From Candidatus Latescibacterota bacterium (lineage in GTDB: Bacteria; Latescibacterota; UBA2968): a stretch of DNA of 64,000 nucleotides. The stretch spans positions 3,712,001 through 3,776,000 of the forward strand of contig OZ244960.1 in assembly GCA_965222605.1 (NCBI GenBank), in the 5' to 3' direction. Below the pieces are notes generated by a model that worked only from the letters and a program-made list of their open reading frames with translations, was not told the DNA's origin and searched no databases. Shown piece by piece: positions 1 through 9,946 of this stretch (positions are counted from its first letter, which is position 1; the number at the start of each line of letters is the position of its first letter). The position numbers and the translations under genes are program-made.

Positions 1-3000
1 GCGGGGAAGGTCTAAGCCGTACTGATAATAATCGTTGCCAGCCGAACTGGAAACGGCCGACAGGTTGTAGTCTTGCTGATTGAACAGGTTGAATACTTCG
101 AGGAAAAACTCGAGTTGCCTCTCACCAAAGTCGAATCTCCTCACGACGCCTAAGTCCACAGTTGACTGCATGGGTTTGGGTTTTATTTCTCGAGGTCCCA
201 CCAGGGGCCGGAACTGGAACGGTCCGCCCGTCACCAGTCGATAGACCAGATTGACGTTCAGGTTTTCCAGCGGTGCGAAACCCCGGATCCTGGGACCATA
301 CTCGGAGGGCGATGCAAAGAGAAATGCCAATGATCCTTGGCTTCGCCTATCATCTGCGATGCTATTTCTTCTCGCTCCGTACCCCGACTGCCGCCAGACC
401 AGGAAGCGCTTCATCCCCGGGTAGTCCTCGAAATCCATCAGTTCCCCTTTGATTCCGTTGAACTGAAGGGTCGTCGGGTCGTAAGCGGCAATGGCTGCAT
501 CGGCAATATCGGCCAATTCTCGTGCGCGCGCCGGATCTGCTTTGCTGATTGGAATCAGGCGCTCGCTGCCGTCTGGCTGAGGCTCCCAATACTCGTCTGC
601 GCCGTTGGGCGCGTAGTGGTCACTCATGACGAACTCGCCGGTTGGCAAGTAGAAATCGAATGTGACGCCGCCTTCGCCCTCTGATTCCCACTGCAGATTG
701 TAGGCGGCTAAAAAAGAGAAGTTATGGCTGAATTTCTTGCGGAGTCCCAACTCGAATCCGCGGACATCGTTAAATTCCTTCCGCAGGGACGAATACCGGA
801 AAGCGATTCCGGCTCCTGTGGGACGCCTTACACCTGCCGGGTCGTTCATGCGACTGAACCCGGAGCCGTTGACCTGATCGTTTTGGCTCTTGTGGAATGT
901 CGCCAGGCTCAGCGTGTAGTCGCTGACAAAATTCCAGTCGAAGCCGACCTCGAATTGTACGGTCTGTTCCCAGGCCTGCTCCCGGGGGTCTCCGTACTCA
1001 TCCGATGTCCTCAGGCGATTGTACAATTCAGTCTCAGGATCGATGCGTCCATTCTGATTGACATCTACATCTGCCTCGTTGCCACGCCATTCTTCGCCGA
1101 ACATCTGATGGAAGTTGTTGATCTGGTAGAACTTCCCGAAAAAGTAGTGGAGTTTCGCACGCTCTGTGATGGGGTGCGAGATTCCAATGCGGGGAGAGAA
1201 ATTTTTGATGACAGGTCCATCTACCGTAGGTGCTTGACGGTTCCGCGTGTAGGTCGTATAGATGGCTGGCCATCCGTGCCATGCTCCAATCGGCGTGTTC
1301 GTGTCGAACAGGTCTCCGCGAATGCCGACGTTGATGATCAGTCCCAGGAACTCCATTTTATCCTGGGCGTACACGGAGTATTGACGTGGTGTAACGCCTT
1401 CGCCCATCTGATGGGCTTTTCCCATAAAGAGGATCCGTCGCGAGTTCTCAGTGGTTTTAATGATGCGCGAACCCCAGGTGTCGTAGAAGGTCGCGTCGAA
1501 GCCAGCCTTGATAAAGTGGCCTCGGGTCACCTGATTCGAGAGGTCGAATTTGATGCCAACGCGTTTTTGGTTGCCGATCTGGACGCTGACCGTTGGCCGC
1601 GGACGAATGTAAAACCAATTGTCATTATCGCGGAATTCGGGACCTGCATTGCGGACGTCATCCAGCGATGGTACCCCCGAGGAATCGCGCTTGCTTTCGG
1701 AGCGGAAAATGCGGACTTCGTAAAACATCTTAGGCGTCAGGGAATGAGTCAGGGTGGCGTAGAACAGGTTGTCCGATTCGATCCACTCTCCCGCTCCGGA
1801 CACACCCGAGGGCAGGAAGATATTTCGTCCGCTGTTCGACATGTTCCGCACCGTGCCTTCGCCTCCGTTGATGAACCCTCTGGCTCTGGAATAGAAGCCG
1901 CCAGCGGTGCCCCTGATATTGGGCGAGATATCGAAGGTTAGCTTGCCAATATTATGGGAGTTTGGCGGCGAGGTATCCTCCGGGCCTGGAATTGTCGCTG
2001 GCTGGAGGTTGTAGCGCGAACTGGCGAAGAAAGAGGCTTTTTCACCAATGGGTCCAGAGAGATTTCCTTCAACAAAATGCCCTGAGACCTCTGTGTAGTT
2101 TGTCCTCTGGTGGACGAGGCGACCGGTCAGGGGATAAATTTCGTTTACCCAGTCGATGTCGTCGAATTTCATACGGTCTCGATGCACTGGAGAGTCATAT
2201 ACATTTTCTCCCCAGTGTCTTTGGGTAGATGGCGTGAATCGGTATTCCAGCCGTCCTCCCATGTCCTTTCCGCCCGATTTGGTTACGATATTGATGACGC
2301 CGCCCTGTGCGTTGCCGTATTCGGCTTCCATACCACCGGTCACGACCGTTAGTTCCTGGATGGCGCTGTTGTTGAATCCCTGGAAGTAGCGGGACCTATC
2401 CCAGCCAGTGTCGTTGTTGACAATTTTGATGCCATCCAGGTAGTAGGTGACATCTCCGGCCTCGACGGTGTCGCCCCCTCGGATCCGCTGTCGTCCGTCA
2501 TTCGAGACCCCTGCCTGAAGCTCGATCAGATCGTCGAAGCCCCGAATCAGGGGAAGCGCCTCAATGTCACTGGCGTCGATGACATATTTGCTGGATGTTT
2601 TATCCGGTTCCACCGGGGGCCGCTCCGCCACTACGGTCAGGACATCCATTTCCAATACCGTCGGCGGCAGCGTGAAATTTACGGTCGTGGTATAGTCTGC
2701 ATTCACCCGTACCTGTGTCTTGGTCCGGGGTGTGTAGCCGACCAGGCTGGCCGTCATTGTGTACGTTCCCGGTTCCACAAGCAGGATGACGTAATTTCCT
2801 TCCGCGTCGGCTGTCGCCCCCCGCTGCGTGCCCTCAATAACCAGATTTGATCCGGGGAGGGGGCTGCCATCTGGGTCCAGCACCTGACCGGTTATTTTGC
2901 CCGTTGTTCCTGCGAGGGCAGATCCAGATAGCAGTAAACTCAGCACAAAGGTCAACAGCCCGGTCGCGAATATAGAAAGTACAACTGATTTGGGCTGATT

Positions 3001-3003
3001 CAT
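1..3003 (-). CDS. TonB-dependent receptor with N-terminal carboxypeptidase-regulatory-like domain (3' end runs off the window)
   Basis: Manual minus-strand translation from ATG 3003 gives MNQPKSVVLS...ALAGTTGKITGQVLDPDGSPLPGSNLVIEGTQRGATADAEGNY..., then the plug motif ELTVVTGGMEAEYGNAQGGVINIVTKSG. It is absent from the ORF track, presumably because no stop codon falls in the window. Confidence 0.85.
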   Translation of the reverse strand, partial: MNQPKSVVLSIFATGLLTFVLSLLLSGSALAGTTGKITGQVLDPDGSPLPGSNLVIEGTQRGATADAEGNYVILLVEPGTYTMTASLVGYTPRTKTQVRVNADYTTTVNFTLPPTVLEMDVLTVVAERPPVEPDKTSSKYVIDASDIEALPLIRGFDDLIELQAGVSNDGRQRIRGGDTVEAGDVTYYLDGIKIVNNDTGWDRSRYFQGFNNSAIQELTVVTGGMEAEYGNAQGGVINIVTKSGGKDMGGRLEYRFTPSTQRHWGENVYDSPVHRDRMKFDDIDWVNEIYPLTGRLVHQRTNYTEVSGHFVEGNLSGPIGEKASFFASSRYNLQPATIPGPEDTSPPNSHNIGKLTFDISPNIRGTAGGFYSRARGFINGGEGTVRNMSNSGRNIFLPSGVSGAGEWIESDNLFYATLTHSLTPKMFYEVRIFRSESKRDSSGVPSLDDVRNAGPEFRDNDNWFYIRPRPTVSVQIGNQKRVGIKFDLSNQVTRGHFIKAGFDATFYDTWGSRIIKTTENSRRILFMGKAHQMGEGVTPRQYSVYAQDKMEFLGLIINVGIRGDLFDTNTPIGAWHGWPAIYTTYTRNRQAPTVDGPVIKNFSPRIGISHPITERAKLHYFFGKFYQINNFHQMFGEEWRGNEADVDVNQNGRIDPETELYNRLRTSDEYGDPREQAWEQTVQFEVGFDWNFVSDYTLSLATFHKSQNDQVNGSGFSRMNDPAGVRRPTGAGIAFRYSSLRKEFNDVRGFELGLRKKFSHNFSFLAAYNLQWESEGEGGVTFDFYLPTGEFVMSDHYAPNGADEYWEPQPDGSERLIPISKADPARARELADIADAAIAAYDPTTLQFNGIKGELMDFEDYPGMKRFLVWRQSGYGARRNSIADDRRSQGSLAFLFASPSEYGPRIRGFAPLENLNVNLVYRLVTGGPFQFRPLVGPREIKPKPMQSTVDLGVVRRFDFGERQLEFFLEVFNLFNQQDYNLSAVSSSAGNDYYQYGLDLPR

Positions 3004-3015
3004 CAAGACCTCCTT

Positions 3016-3735
3016 CTATTTGAAATAGAATTTTATTCCCGCACTCATATCGAATAGCTGGATCGGAAATGTATGTCCGATGTTGTATTGCACGACTTCG
3101 CGCATTTCGCCTATCACCATGTTATACCGCGCCCGCACATCCAATGCCCAGTTTTCGATGATGAAGGCCTGAGCACCAAGCCCGAGGTTGAAACTCAAGG
3201 CCGTGCGCGTATCGCTGAAGGGGTGAAGGACAAGAGTTGTGTCGAGCGGGGGTGTCGTCTGTGCGCCAAAGACCAGATTTTCATTGTAAAAATCGTAGTC
3301 GTAAAATCCGACGCCGAAAGCAAAATAGGGAGAAATACCACCGCGTGTGAAGGCGTGACCGCTGGGTGGATGCACCAGGAGGTTCACAATGGCACTTTTA
3401 AGTGTCATCTCCGATACAGCTTGAGGGCTGCTATAGGAATTGCCATCTACCGGCCAGACAAATTCCAGGTCCTCGAGCTTCCCGTTGTTAAACTTGGCGT
3501 AATAGCCCTCCAATTCCAGGATCGTGCTGGGGGACATCACATAGCTGAGTGTTCCCCCTACCTTCCCGGTATCGGTGACCCGATCTCTCAGACCCATTAA
3601 TGGCACGTTGAGGCTCCAATATCCCCCCAAACCGAGCCGCCATTGGGTCTTGTCCTGGGCATGTGCCTCCTGGGCTTTGCTATTGAAAGCGAGACACATT
3701 AGCCCGCACATTGTTAATGCTTTGAGTAGCTTCAA
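3016..3735 (-). CDS. Outer-membrane beta-barrel protein (OmpW/OMP_b-brl-like)
   Basis: Signal peptide, alternating beta-strands, SPYFAFGVG and terminal GIKFYFK; GGAGG SD upstream; 12 bp from the TBDR start. Confidence 0.75.
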   Translation of the reverse strand: MKLLKALTMCGLMCLAFNSKAQEAHAQDKTQWRLGLGGYWSLNVPLMGLRDRVTDTGKVGGTLSYVMSPSTILELEGYYAKFNNGKLEDLEFVWPVDGNSYSSPQAVSEMTLKSAIVNLLVHPPSGHAFTRGGISPYFAFGVGFYDYDFYNENLVFGAQTTPPLDTTLVLHPFSDTRTALSFNLGLGAQAFIIENWALDVRARYNMVIGEMREVVQYNIGHTFPIQLFDMSAGIKFYFK

Positions 3736-4146
3736 TGTCTGCCCTCCTTTTGGTTTTGATAGACTCGTTCGCTGCTGTAGGCTAAATTTTTATTCGATAA
3801 AATTATATAAAAAATAAGATTATATTTATTGAAATGTCAAGCAATTTTTTGTTTAAAATTCTATGTTACTATTGGGTTATACATATTTATCTATTTTTTC
3901 TACTGTCGAGATTTTAGACTACAGCAATATATATCAATAATATATATCAATAATTTATCTACAATAAGATATTATCTAATATACTTCTTTTATTTTTTGG
4001 TATATATTGCCTTTTGATCCAAAATACTTGAATCTGCACCCAGCAGAATGCGTTTCAGAAGGTGCTATAATCGAAACGCTTTTGTCTATTGAGGCGTCCA
4101 CATAGATAAACTTTCAATATTCCACTCTTATGGCGTGGGTAAAGCA

Positions 4147-5078
4147 ATGTCTGATAGAGGAAAAGACAGGCTCGTACTGGTGACGGGAGCCAGTGGGTAT
4201 GTTGGTGGGCGGTTGGTTCCGGCACTTGAAGAGCGGGAAGCGCGCGTGCGTTGTCTGGCTCGCAATCCCCTGTATCTGGCTGGTCGGTTTTGTCCCGATA
4301 CCGAAATTGTCGCGGGGGATGTGCTGGATCGGGATTCGCTCAGGGTTGCTTTGGAGGGGGTGAATACGGCGTACTATCTGGTGCATTCTATGGGGTCCAG
4401 GTCCAATTTTGAGGAGCAGGATCGCATTGGGGCACAAAATTTTGCTCGCGTCGCGCGCAGCAGGGGGTTCGGCGCGTTGTTTATTTGGGGGGTCTGGTTG
4501 GGGATAGCCAGCTTTCTTTGCATCTGGCGAGTCGTCGGGAGGTGGGGGCTATTTTGGCTTCTGAGGGACCTGCGACTCTGGAGTTTCGCGCTTCTATTAT
4601 TATTGGTTCGGGGTCGCTGTCTTTTGAGATGGTGCGCAGTCTGGTCAATAAGTTGCCGGTTATGATTACGCCGAGCTGGGTCTGCACGCCAACCCAGCCG
4701 ATTGCGATTGAGGATGTGATCGCTTATTTGATCCGGGGGCTGGATCTGGAGGAAGAAGGTAGCGCGATTTTTGAGATTGGGGGTCCGCAACAGGTGACTT
4801 ACGGCGGGTTGATGCGCGAATATGCCCGCCAGATCGGTGTGCGGCGTCTGATGATTCCGGTGCCTTTTTTGAGTCCTCGTCTTTCCAGTCTGTGGTTGGG
4901 GCTGGTGACGCCTCTTTATGCGCGGGTGGGTAAGAAGCTCATAGATAGTTTGCGGAATGAGACGGTTGTTCGAGATGGTGGTGCGCGCGAGCGTTTTCCC
5001 GTCTGTCCTCTTAATGTGCGTCAGGCGATGGCACGTGCGCTTGAGGAGGAAGACCGGGAGATGGCTCAGACCCGATAA
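4147..5078 (+). pseudogene. NAD(P)-binding SDR/epimerase (YbjT-like), frameshifted and 3'-truncated
   Basis: VLVTGASGYVGG in the first frame; the protein continues as GVRRVVYLGGL...RASIIIGSGS in another frame (shift at about 4455-4465); it stops at EMAQTR without the usual C-terminal DUF2867 domain. Confidence 0.8.
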
Positions 5079-5094
5079 TACGAAAATTCTTTAG

Positions 5095-5439
5095 TCAGTG
5101 ATCTTTAAAAGCCTGCCAGCCCCCCTTCCGGGATAGGTTCGCGAGTTGGCGCCCGGGTAAGCATAGCCGTTTATAAAGACGCGCCGCGGTTTCTGCGAGT
5201 AGTACGGGTTCGGCTGCCCCGCACCAGGAGATGCGCTGAATGATGACCCGTCCCGATTCCTTTCTTTCTATGGCAAAGTCGGAGCCTTTGTGGATCCCGG
5301 GTTCCGATAGCGCGTAGGCCATTTTTTGCAGACGGTCAAATCCGGCTCGCATTTCTTCGATTTCGGTTGGCGCAAAAACGTCCGATACGATGACGAATCC
5401 GATTTCGAAGAATGCTTCGATCTGTTCGTCACTGAGCAT
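5095..5439 (-). pseudogene. Phytanoyl-CoA dioxygenase (PhyH) family N-terminal fragment
   Basis: MLSDEQIEAFFEIGFVIVSDVF start is typical of PhyH; similarity is lost after about 80 aa, with no HxD motif. Confidence 0.65.
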
Positions 5440-6413
5440 TGGAGATAGAGATAGGTTGCTCCTGATACACCTCCCTAAAAAGCGAAAGGTCCCGAGAGAT
5501 CCCAGGACCAACTGCCGACCGGGAACAACCCCCAGTCCAATACCCGAATATAGTCCTTAAGAGCTTATTATGTCAAGAATGTGTTTTTGAAATAGTGCGA
5601 TAAGCAAAACAATTTTTTCTATTATTGACAAGTATTGTGTGATTATCTAAATTGATATTGGATGGTTACAAATAGGAGATATTCCCAACACTCAGAGGTG
5701 CATCATGGTCATTACTTCCAAAGAGATCGGACAACGATTGCGATTTGCACGCGAAAGCCGACATATCACTCAGGAGGCTGCCGGTATAGTGCTTGGCTTA
5801 CAGAGATCTGCGATTAGTCTCATGGAATCCGGCCAACGGCAGGTTTCCACGCTTGAACTGACCCGTCTTGCGGATTTGTACGGACGTTCGGTCGAGTGGT
5901 TTGTCAATCCGGATAGCCCGCTTAAGCAGGAAGATCCGGTGGTCGCGCTTTTTCGCGCAGAGCCAGACTTGCAAAGCGAGGTCGTTCAGGAGCAAGCCCG
6001 ACGTTGTTTGCGTTTGCTCAGAGAAGGCGCGTCGCTTAGACGGCTGACGGGTCGTGGGACAGATGTTTCTCTGCCCAGTTATGATCTTCCGCCCCCTCGG
6101 TCGGTGGGACAGGCGATTGCCCAGGGCCAGCTTGTGGCCGAGCAGGAGCGTCGGCGTCTCGATTTGGGTAATGCGCCTGTTAAGGTGCCCGAGACTCTGG
6201 CTCGTCAGAATATCTGGACAGCTACTTTGCCATTGCCCGATGAAATTTCGGGTCTTTTTTTGAGTAGTCCCGACTTTGGCATGGCGGTGCTGGCTAATTT
6301 AAATCAGGCGCCGGTGCGGCGGCAGTTTTCGTTTGCACACGAACACGGTCACGCGCTTATGGACCGCGATGAGGCGGCTACTGTTACGAGTGCTCATAAT
6401 GCTAAGACGAGGA

Positions 6414-7880
6414 GACGATGTGCCTATCTTAGTTGAAATAGTAGAGGCTCCGATGTAAATTGGATACAGCAGATTCAACCGTGAAAACGCTGTGTCCTCA
6501 ACCAAAGGAGCCCGTGATGAAAAAAGTATCGCACAAAGCCCCCAAAGTCAAGGCCATCCACAAAGACGATGCAACGCCAGAGACACCCCTTGAAGAAGAA
6601 GTGGGCGCACTGGATACACGCATCGCGTTGATCCAGGCCTTGATCCCATTAGGATTAGACGCCGTGGCAGAAGAATTGCAAGAAGAAGTGACCCGCTTGG
6701 CAGGTCACAGATACACACGCAAAGACACCCAAAACCCCAATCGTCGGTGGGGCAGTCAACAAGGGTCTGTGTATCTCTCCGATCAGAAAGTGCCCATACC
6801 TGTTCCCAGGATACGTAATGTGGTGACCGATGAGGAAGTCTCCTTACAGACCTATCATCATCTTCAGCACCCCCGCAGGATGGATGAAGGGCTGCTCCTG
6901 CGTATGATAAAAGGCATTGCCACACGCGCTTATCAAGCCTGTGCTGAGGCGATACCCGAAGCCTTTGGGCTCTCCTCATCTACCGTATCGAGACGCTTTA
7001 TCAAGGCGTCGGCACAAAAGTTGAAACAGTTCAAGGAACGCTCTTTAGCACAGTATGACCTCGTCGCCCTATTTATAGATGGAAAGACCTTTGCGGATCA
7101 GGAGATGATCATTGCCCTTGGCGTAACGATAGAAGGAGACAAAATCCCCCTCGGCTTTGTCCAGGCTGCGACCGAGAACGAGCGTGTCTGCCGACAGTTT
7201 ATACGGTCCCTCCTAAAGCGTGATCTGGTCTATCACAAGGGCCTGCTGTGTCTTATTGACGGCTCAAAAGGCTTGTATGCTGCCCTTACAAAGGCACTTG
7301 ATGGCTATGTGGTCATTCAACGTTGCCAATGGCACAAACGTGAGAATGTCATTTCCTATCTGCCTAAAGGAAAGCAAGATGAGATCAAAAAGACCCTCCA
7401 AAATGCCTACGATCTGCCCACCTACAAAGAAGCTAAAGCTGCTCTTGATGCCCTTAAACCTGAATTGACTTTGATCAACGAAGACGCGACAAAAAGCCTT
7501 GAAGAAGGTCTTGAAGAAACCCTGAGCCTGCATCGCCTAAGACTCATGCCGCAGTTGAAGCAGTCTTTCCGTACCACTAACTGCATTGAGTCCCTCAACT
7601 CTATGGTGGCACAACTCACCAGGGATGGTGTACAACGTGTCGCTTTCCAGACACGTTCATGTGAAGCGATGGACAAACTCGAATCAACGCACACGCTGGT
7701 TAGCCACTGCGCTGTTGGATATTGAACCGCGCTTGCGAAGGGTTAAAGGCTTCCGAAGCCTGCCCAAGCTCAGGCGCGCACTGCAGAAGGACTTGAAACT
7801 CGATACAGACTGGCAAGACGCGCTTGCTGCTGATTGAAACCACCGGCCTCGATTATTTCAACTAAAAATAGCACTTGACC
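6414..7880 (+). mobile_element. IS256-family insertion sequence
   Basis: Imperfect terminal IRs of about 35 bp sharing TTAGTTGAAATA..GAGGC; 9-bp target duplication AGACGAGGA at 6405-6413 and 7881-7889. Confidence 0.92.
6517..7837 (+). pseudogene. IS256 (Mutator-type DDE) transposase, frameshifted near the C-terminus
   Basis: Motifs ALFIDG, LIDGSKGL, QRCQWHK and TTNCIESLNS; a 34-bp insertion at 7624-7657 moves HVKRWTNS... into another frame. Confidence 0.88.
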
Positions 7881-8644
7881 AGACGAGGACGGAACAGCGG
7901 GCAAATGCTTTTGCAGCCACTTTTCTGATGCCCGAAGAGGGTGTGCGGGATTTTCTACATAGTCTGGGCAAGGGAAGAAGTGCCCGGCGCGAGGAAGCGG
8001 CGATGGATGCTGTTACTGGAGAGGGTATTCAGGGCGCGTTGCGCAGTCCGGCGCGTTCGCAGAATATAACCTATGTGGATGTGGCGCTTTTGGCCCGGCA
8101 CTTTGGTGTGAGCTATGCGGCGGCGGTTTGGCGGTTGCGCGGTTTGAATCTCCTGGGTAGTGAACAAACCGAACCGCTTCTCGATCAGACGGAAGAAGCC
8201 AATCGCTATTTGCGCGCTGTGAGGGCTTATGCCAATGTAGAAGATTCCGAAGACGAGGCGCATTTGGACCACGAGTTGGATTGGCAGGTTCTTTGGCTGG
8301 CTCTGGAAGCGTGGTGGCGCGAGGAGATTTCACAGGGACGACTGCTCGAAGTGGGCCGCCTGTTGAATATTGAGGACGAGACGATTCTGGATTTGGCGAA
8401 TTGAGGCTTTCTGAATGCTACATCTGTCTCTCGTATGCGGGCATTTTTTTGCTGGAGCTCTATGCGATTTATTTGGGGGTAACAGCGAAGATGTTTTTGT
8501 ACCGGTTAAGAGTTATTGACGCGGTGCTTGACATAAGGCAAGTTATTCCGTAACAAATAAGGACACTGAACATGACATGCGTGCCGCGTGGGAAGCACTG
8601 TTGTCCTTCTGCACGAAGCGCAATACTGTGAAAGAACTGTGGCT

Positions 8645-8920
8645 ATGATCTATGCGATTGTACCTCTTCAGCGGAGTAACGAAGAAAAACTCCGCCAGAA
8701 AATAGAAGCCTTTAGGACGAGTGGAAGGCATGTCTATACTGACTACGCGCCAATTGCTTACTTTGTGTCTTACAAAGGAACGACGCGCGAACTGGCTGAA
8801 GAGATTGGCTTTAGCGGAGGTGAATCGGGCACTGGTATCGTCATACCGGTCTCGAATTACTATGGTTACGCTGCCAAAGACCTCTGGGAGTGGATGAAGA
8901 TCTATGGATATGACACCTGA
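8645..8920 (+). CDS. Small hypothetical protein (possible ferredoxin-like fold)
   Basis: 91-aa ORF ending NYYGYAAKDLWEWMK; overlaps the next start codon. Confidence 0.6.
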   Translation: MIYAIVPLQRSNEEKLRQKIEAFRTSGRHVYTDYAPIAYFVSYKGTTRELAEEIGFSGGESGTGIVIPVSNYYGYAAKDLWEWMKIYGYDT

Positions 8921-9275
8921 GCGAAACGATAACACAGAAAATAGCGAGGATCGAGAACTCGGATCTCCGACACCATCAGAATCTCCATCTCCACCTCATG
9001 CAGACCTAAATGAGTGGATCATGCAGGGTCTCAATCAGCTCAATGAGCGGTTCAACCGGATTGAAGGCAGGCTTGACGAGATTGGGAAAGATGTAGGCGA
9101 TTTGAAGGAACGAGTCGCTCGGGTCGAAGAAAAGATCACGTCGATACCACAGATTGAAAAAAAATTGTGGAGTCTTCAACGCAATATGTGGGTCGCCACT
9201 GGAATTTTAATCGTTATTGTTTTTTTGGCGCGAATATTTTTACCGGATTTCGACATCACTATCACGCCGAAGTGA
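8904..9275 (+). CDS. Coiled-coil protein with C-terminal TM helix
   Basis: Heptads LNERFNRIEGRLDEIGKDVGDLKERVARVEEK, then TM MWVATGILIVIVFLARIFL. Confidence 0.7.
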   Translation: MDMTPERNDNTENSEDRELGSPTPSESPSPPHADLNEWIMQGLNQLNERFNRIEGRLDEIGKDVGDLKERVARVEEKITSIPQIEKKLWSLQRNMWVATGILIVIVFLARIFLPDFDITITPK

Positions 9276-9319
9276 CCCTTGCCAAACCGCGCACATCTCC
9301 GCATATAGCTACTATACCT

Positions 9320-9352
9320 AACTCCTGATGATTAGTCATTCAGGAGTTTTTT
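9320..9352 (+). terminator. Rho-independent terminator
   Basis: AACTCCTGA...TCAGGAGTT followed by a T-run. Confidence 0.6.
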
Positions 9353-9396
9353 GGTATATTGTACAGTCATTCTGAGCGGAGGACCGGTGGGAGCTT

Positions 9397-9627
9397 ATGG
9401 ACAAGGAAATAAAAATGAACTGCATCCACTGTCATGGGCAAATGAAGCGCTCGAATGCGCCTTTCCACGTTGACCGAAAGGGCTATCATCTGATGTTTGA
9501 CACAGTCCCCGCCTGGGTCTGTGATCAGTGCGGTGAAGCGTATTTCGAAGAGCGCGAAGTCACCGCAATTCAGAGTGCGATTAAGGGGCTGGACCAACAA
9601 GCCCGGCAGCTTGTTGCAGACACTTGA
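9397..9627 (+). CDS. YgiT-type zinc finger (MqsA-like antitoxin domain)
   Basis: CIHC...VPAWVCDQCGEAYF. Confidence 0.85.
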   Translation: MDKEIKMNCIHCHGQMKRSNAPFHVDRKGYHLMFDTVPAWVCDQCGEAYFEEREVTAIQSAIKGLDQQARQLVADT

Positions 9628-9700
9628 GATGCTTAGCGCAGGGTTGCGGCACATGGTTACTGCGCCACTAATAATAGGAATCAGCGAAAGGACGCGTACA

Positions 9701-9946
9701 ATGCCAGAGACAAGGATCGAGTGGGGCATAGATATGGAGACAATATCGAGCAAGTGGGGAATAGGAGACGGAGGAAAAGAAAAAGAGATACGAATCGCGG
9801 GAAGGTGCAAAAGTTGCTGGGGAGGACTCATAGGAAGAAGGAACGAAGCATATGAGTTGACAGGAATCAAATGTCGAGTGTGTGGAACGAAGGTAGAAGG
9901 ACAGGATGCAAAAGAAGAACATGAAAGAATGTCAAATAAAAGAATT
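9701..9946 (+). pseudogene. Zn-ribbon hypothetical protein, interrupted by IS4 and then IS701
   Basis: CKSC...CRVC motifs; the reading frame is cut at the IS4 target duplication. Confidence 0.55.

Larger units (their letters stand above)
5705..8404 (+). pseudogene. XRE-HTH / ImmA-IrrE metallopeptidase (DUF955) fusion, interrupted by IS256
   Basis: N-terminal HTH and FSFAHEHGH (HExxH). Removing 6414-7889 restores the frame ...NAKTRTEQRANAFAATFLMP... through to the stop at 8404. Confidence 0.9.

Noticed and set aside
337-2389. Long plus-strand ORFs (e.g. 724-1941, 405 aa)
   Set aside because: Antisense shadows of the minus-strand TonB-dependent receptor; no recognisable motifs
7586-7837. Programmed ribosomal frameshift in the IS256 transposase
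   Set aside because: No slippery sequence; the shift is fully explained by the 34-bp insertion
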